A stretch of 64,000 bases of DNA from Cyanobacteriota bacterium. GTDB lineage: Bacteria; Cyanobacteriota; Vampirovibrionia; JBFMGH01. Below the pieces are notes generated by a model. It was not told the DNA's origin, did no database searches, and was given only the letters and a program-made list of their open reading frames with translations. The stretch covers positions 22,209-86,208 of the forward strand of contig JBFMGH010000608.1 of assembly GCA_040752795.1 (NCBI GenBank), written 5' to 3'. Both the position numbers and the translations under genes were made by a program. This document shows, piece by piece, positions 60,627 to 64,000 of the stretch. Positions within the stretch are counted from its first letter, which is position 1; each line of letters begins with the position of its first letter.

Positions 60627-61727
60627 ATGAGATTAATAATGCCAGAAATAGATGATAAAGAGTTGAATCTTATTAAAGAAGTTTTGGATTATGGTATACT
60701 TACTAACGATTTGAAGGTAAAAGAATTTGAAGATAAAATAGCAAGTTATATCGGTAAAAAACATGCTATAGCGGTTTCAACGGGTTCTGCCGCACTTCAT
60801 CTGGCTGTTCTGGCTGCAGGCATTGGAGAAGATGATGAGGTGATAGTTCCTGCAATGGCTTTTCCTGCTACTGTTAATGCTTTATTGTTTGTTAAAGCTA
60901 AACCGGTTCTTGTTGATATTAATATTAATACACTTAACCTTGATCCTATTGGTATTGAGCAAAAGATAACCTCTAAAACAAAAGCTATTATACCTGTTGA
61001 TCTTTTTGGTTTGCCCTGCGATATTGATAAAATAACTCAAATTGCATCAAAGTATAACCTTGTTGTTATACAGGATGCTTCGTATGCTTTTGGCTCTACT
61101 TATAAAGGCCAGCCTTGTGGAGCAAAATCAGAAATAGCGGTCTTTAGTTTTAATGAGCGAAGGGTTATAACCTGTGGAGAGGGTGGTATAGTTGCTACGG
61201 ATAACCAGGGAATAGCTGATAGAATTAGACTTTTTAGAAACCATGCCATGCATAAAGAAGGAAAAGATCAGCCAGCTATTTTTATGGGAGTTGGATATAA
61301 TTACCGAATGAGTGAAATACATGCCGCTGTTGGCCTTGCACAGCTAGATAAGCTTAATGGTATTCTGGAAAAAAGGCGCAAGCTTGGCCTTGAATATAAT
61401 AGAATTATTGAAGAAATGCCAAATGTTACTCCACCAAGAGAACCAAAGGATTATACTCAGAACTTTGGAAATTATGTGATTAAACTAGATGTTACACTTG
61501 ATACAGAGCACATAAAACGTAAGCTTGGTGAACGGGAAATCCCTACGACTATTGGTACATACTGTATACATCAACAACCAATGTATTGCAGTATTGAAGG
61601 GATAGGGCATAACTATCCTGTTGCTGAGTATACTTACAAATATGGTATTAGTTTACCTATAAATACTAAGATGAATCTGGATACTATATATTATATTTGT
61701 GAGATGCTTGAGCGTTTTGTAGTATAA
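60627..61727 (+). CDS. DegT/DnrJ/EryC1/StrS-family PLP-dependent sugar aminotransferase (ArnB-like)
   Basis: 366 aa. It has the N-terminal TGSAALHLA motif and the PLP-Lys region (SFNERRVITCGEGG). Confidence 0.85.
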   Translation: MRLIMPEIDDKELNLIKEVLDYGILTNDLKVKEFEDKIASYIGKKHAIAVSTGSAALHLAVLAAGIGEDDEVIVPAMAFPATVNALLFVKAKPVLVDININTLNLDPIGIEQKITSKTKAIIPVDLFGLPCDIDKITQIASKYNLVVIQDASYAFGSTYKGQPCGAKSEIAVFSFNERRVITCGEGGIVATDNQGIADRIRLFRNHAMHKEGKDQPAIFMGVGYNYRMSEIHAAVGLAQLDKLNGILEKRRKLGLEYNRIIEEMPNVTPPREPKDYTQNFGNYVIKLDVTLDTEHIKRKLGEREIPTTIGTYCIHQQPMYCSIEGIGHNYPVAEYTYKYGISLPINTKMNLDTIYYICEMLERFVV

Positions 61728-61731
61728 GCTA

Positions 61732-62640
61732 TTAGTAAATTAAGTCTTTAAAGTCTTTAAAGTCTTTAATATTATCAAAATCGGAGTCTGTTTTTGCGTA
61801 ATTCTTGAACTCTGGCTCTAATTCAATAGCTTTTTTAAGGTCATTTATAGCTTTTTCAAGATCATTCATTCTTGCATATGTGCATGCTCTATTATAATAA
61901 GGATAAGCATCTGTGGGGTTCATAGAATTTGCTTTGTTAAAATAATCTAATGCTCTATCAAGATTGTTTAATGATAAAAATGTGTTGCCACAGTTATCAT
62001 AAAGAGTTGGATTTCCAGGACTAATTTCAATAGCTCTTTCATATGCTTTTAAAGATTGTTCAGGCTTCCCTGTCTTATCTAGAGATACCGCTAGATTAAC
62101 CCAGGCAGCCGAATGTTTAGGGTTTATACTTATGCATATGTTATAACATTCAATAGCTTCACTGTGCTTTTCAATTTCAGATAGTACAGTTCCTTTATGA
62201 TAATAAGCATCTGCATCATCCGGGTTAATCTTTATAAAACATTCATAACAATCCAGGGCTTTATCAGCGTTATTTATTTTGGAATATGCTATACCCATAT
62301 TGAAATGAGCTAAAACCAAACTTTTGTCATATTCTATGACTTTTTTATAGTGGTTTATAGCTGATTCAAATTTGCCAAGATCAAGTAAATAATTGCCATA
62401 ATTATAGTGAATGGCACCATTATGAGGTTCAATTTCCAGTGCTTTAGAATACGACTTTATAGCATCTTCTTTTAATCCAAGTTTAGCCTGTGTTTCTGCT
62501 ATCCTTGTCCAGGCTAGAGAGTTGAATGGGAATGTTTTAACAATACAAAAGTAGTCAGACAGGGCATTTTGATAGTCTCCCTGGCTGGAGTACAGGTCTC
62601 CCCTATCTAATAAATAGCTATATGAGTCTTCGTTATTCAT
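61732..62640 (-). CDS. Tetratricopeptide repeat protein
   Basis: 302 aa with eight or more TPRs (AWTRIAETQAKLGLKEDAIKSYSKALEIEPHN and similar). Confidence 0.8.
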   Translation of the reverse strand: MNNEDSYSYLLDRGDLYSSQGDYQNALSDYFCIVKTFPFNSLAWTRIAETQAKLGLKEDAIKSYSKALEIEPHNGAIHYNYGNYLLDLGKFESAINHYKKVIEYDKSLVLAHFNMGIAYSKINNADKALDCYECFIKINPDDADAYYHKGTVLSEIEKHSEAIECYNICISINPKHSAAWVNLAVSLDKTGKPEQSLKAYERAIEISPGNPTLYDNCGNTFLSLNNLDRALDYFNKANSMNPTDAYPYYNRACTYARMNDLEKAINDLKKAIELEPEFKNYAKTDSDFDNIKDFKDFKDLIY

Positions 62641-62642
62641 TT

Positions 62643-63473
62643 TTAGTGGAAGCTTAAACTGAAATCTTTTCCTAAAACACTTTCTCTTAGTTTAATCAGG
62701 TTTTCTCCGAATATATCGGTCATTTCTTTTCCAAGATGTTTTTCAACTTCAAGTAGATAAATATCGTGCACTACTACTTCTTTAATGATCAAGACAATTC
62801 CTGGGTGCCTTGTGCAAACAGCTTGAGGTACTGTTTTGTTATCAGAAACAGTTCCAGCTATGCCATGAGAGTTGTCTACTGCCATTATAATCCATCGTCC
62901 GCCCAGCTCATCTTCAATCTTTTTTCCGAGTGCGTGCTGATAAACGGTTCCAAAATCGAGTTCAATATTATCATAAGCTACTATTTTTATTTCTACTCCA
63001 TTGGAGTTAGCCTCAGCAAGGTGAGGTTTTAGCATTTCTATGTCTTCTCTCCATAGTTCAAGGAAGATTTCTTTGTGTGCTGAGTTAATTATGTCAATGG
63101 CATACTCAAAAATTCCTTTAGATCCTCTTATGTTAAGAACTGGTTCGACAAAATCTGGTGCTATATTTGGCAGGTTTGTTCTTAAAAAATCAAGAGATGA
63201 TAAGTAAGATTTTTCGCATCTATCAAGTAGTTCATCAGGATTGATAGGAATATATGTTACCGGTTTATTTCCTGTTGGTACTACTACTTTTCTGCTTTCA
63301 AGAACCTTAAGGGTATCATACGCCCTTGCTTGAGGAACGCCAGACTCTTTGCTTACCTCGTATCCTGTTGCAGGGTGGTGTCTTAAAAGTGACAGATATA
63401 CTTTTGCCTCATAGGTATTGAATCCTAAATCCTTTAATTTGTTTAATAAATCATCCATAGTAAGATACCCCAA
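62643..63473 (-). CDS. TrmB-family sugar-responsive transcriptional regulator
   Basis: 276 aa. It has the N-terminal winged HTH LGFNTYEAKVYLSLLRHHPATGYEVSKESGVPQARAYDTLKVLESRKVV and a C-terminal TrmB-type effector domain. Confidence 0.7.
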   Translation of the reverse strand: MGYLTMDDLLNKLKDLGFNTYEAKVYLSLLRHHPATGYEVSKESGVPQARAYDTLKVLESRKVVVPTGNKPVTYIPINPDELLDRCEKSYLSSLDFLRTNLPNIAPDFVEPVLNIRGSKGIFEYAIDIINSAHKEIFLELWREDIEMLKPHLAEANSNGVEIKIVAYDNIELDFGTVYQHALGKKIEDELGGRWIIMAVDNSHGIAGTVSDNKTVPQAVCTRHPGIVLIIKEVVVHDIYLLEVEKHLGKEMTDIFGENLIKLRESVLGKDFSLSFH

Positions 63474-63576
63474 AATACTACCTTATGTTAGTAGTATACT
63501 ATTTACAAAATTTTTAACAAGTTAAGAATACCTAACAATGTTAGAATGTTTAACATTAATACAGTCAGTGAAAGAA

Positions 63577-64000
63577 TTAATTAATTCTCTGGAACATGTA
63601 TCCTATGCCACGTGCAGTTAAAATAAGTTCAGGATTAGAAGGATCAACTTCAAGTTTTGATCTTAATCTACTAATGTGAACATCAACAACCCTGGTGTCT
63701 ATTCTATGATCTGGTGGATAAGACCAAACATGTTGTAATATTTCACTACGAGAGAATGGTTGCCCGGAATTGCTTACTAATAACTCAAGTAAACTGAACT
63801 CCATTCCGGTAAGCCTAATTCTTTCATTCTTACGATAAACTTGTCTGCGGTTGATATCGATTCTAAGAGTACCTGTGGTTATAATATTTTTTGTAACTTT
63901 TCCACCACCGGTAGTTTCTCTGCTAGTAGTTCTCCTGAGAACAGCTTTAACTCTTGCCTCTAGCTCTTTAGGGCTGAAAGGTTTAATAACATAATCATCA
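63577..64000 (-). CDS. OmpR-family response regulator (partial; N-terminus lies beyond the window end)
   Basis: The winged-helix C-terminus is FSRSEILQHVWSYPPDHRIDTRVVDVHISRLRSKL ... GIGYMF. The reverse complement of 63805-64000 continues in frame as DDYVIKPFSPKELEARVKAVLRR, the alpha4-beta5 region of a receiver. The track ORF is therefore an internal-Met fragment. Confidence 0.8.
   Translation of the reverse strand, partial: DDYVIKPFSPKELEARVKAVLRRTTSRETTGGGKVTKNIITTGTLRIDINRRQVYRKNERIRLTGMEFSLLELLVSNSGQPFSRSEILQHVWSYPPDHRIDTRVVDVHISRLRSKLEVDPSNPELILTARGIGYMFQRIN

Overview
AT-rich (by eye, roughly one-third GC) bacterial chromosomal segment from an apparently diderm organism. An 809-aa GyrB with the long insertion, an OstA/LptD-like protein and a SPOR protein support the diderm call. 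A core backbone runs through the window: dnaN-DUF721-recF-gyrB with no adjacent dnaA, then accD-accA, a coiled-coil M23 peptidase, signal peptidase I, tRNA-Gln, rplY/ctc, grpE-dnaJ, queC, and a truncated dcw cluster (rsmH-ftsL-like-murE). Several envelope and glycan islands are interleaved with it.

1. At 0.9-8.1 kb, a decaprenyl-phosphoarabinose-like pathway (UbiA-type phosphoribosyltransferase, DprE1-like FAD oxidase, DprE2-like short-chain reductase) is fused in an operon with a 1367-aa GT-C-like membrane protein carrying a YYYxG (DUF2298-like) motif.
2. At 55.5-61.7 kb, an Ara4N-like pathway (Ugd, UXS/ArnA-decarboxylase-like SDR, ArnB-like aminotransferase, two GT2s, a flippase-like LPG-synthase-TM protein) sits next to TrmB- and OmpR-type regulators.
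3. At 49.2-54.5 kb, a four-gene minus-strand operon encodes a hybrid receiver-HisKA-HATPase kinase with a degenerate GGDEF tail, a CheY-like receiver, a GspE/PilB-family protein, and an active-looking GGDEF cyclase. The GspE/PilB-family protein has lost its Walker A Lys, Asp box, Walker B and His box but keeps the N-terminal MshEN-type domain and the tetracysteine cluster. I read this as a candidate c-di-GMP signalling module built around a pseudo-ATPase, and it is the most likely 'new system' in the window.
4. At 41.2-46.0 kb, larB-larE sit beside a 637-aa modular type IV prepilin with a vWA module, and a divergent Ig-like membrane protein follows. A LarC N-terminal-domain-only gene lies 17 kb away, and no larA is visible.
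5. Two strongly SD-driven low-complexity proteins lack signal peptides. One is T/S/N/A-rich. The other is M/Q-rich, with in-frame 12-nt tandem repeats and three EF-hand/TSP3-like Ca-binding loops, and is followed by a perfect intrinsic terminator.

The 820-bp dnaN leader carries a cluster of GTTTTCTACA repeats (four direct and one inverted copy) that may be divergent DnaA boxes marking oriC. No CRISPR arrays, IS elements or integrases were seen.
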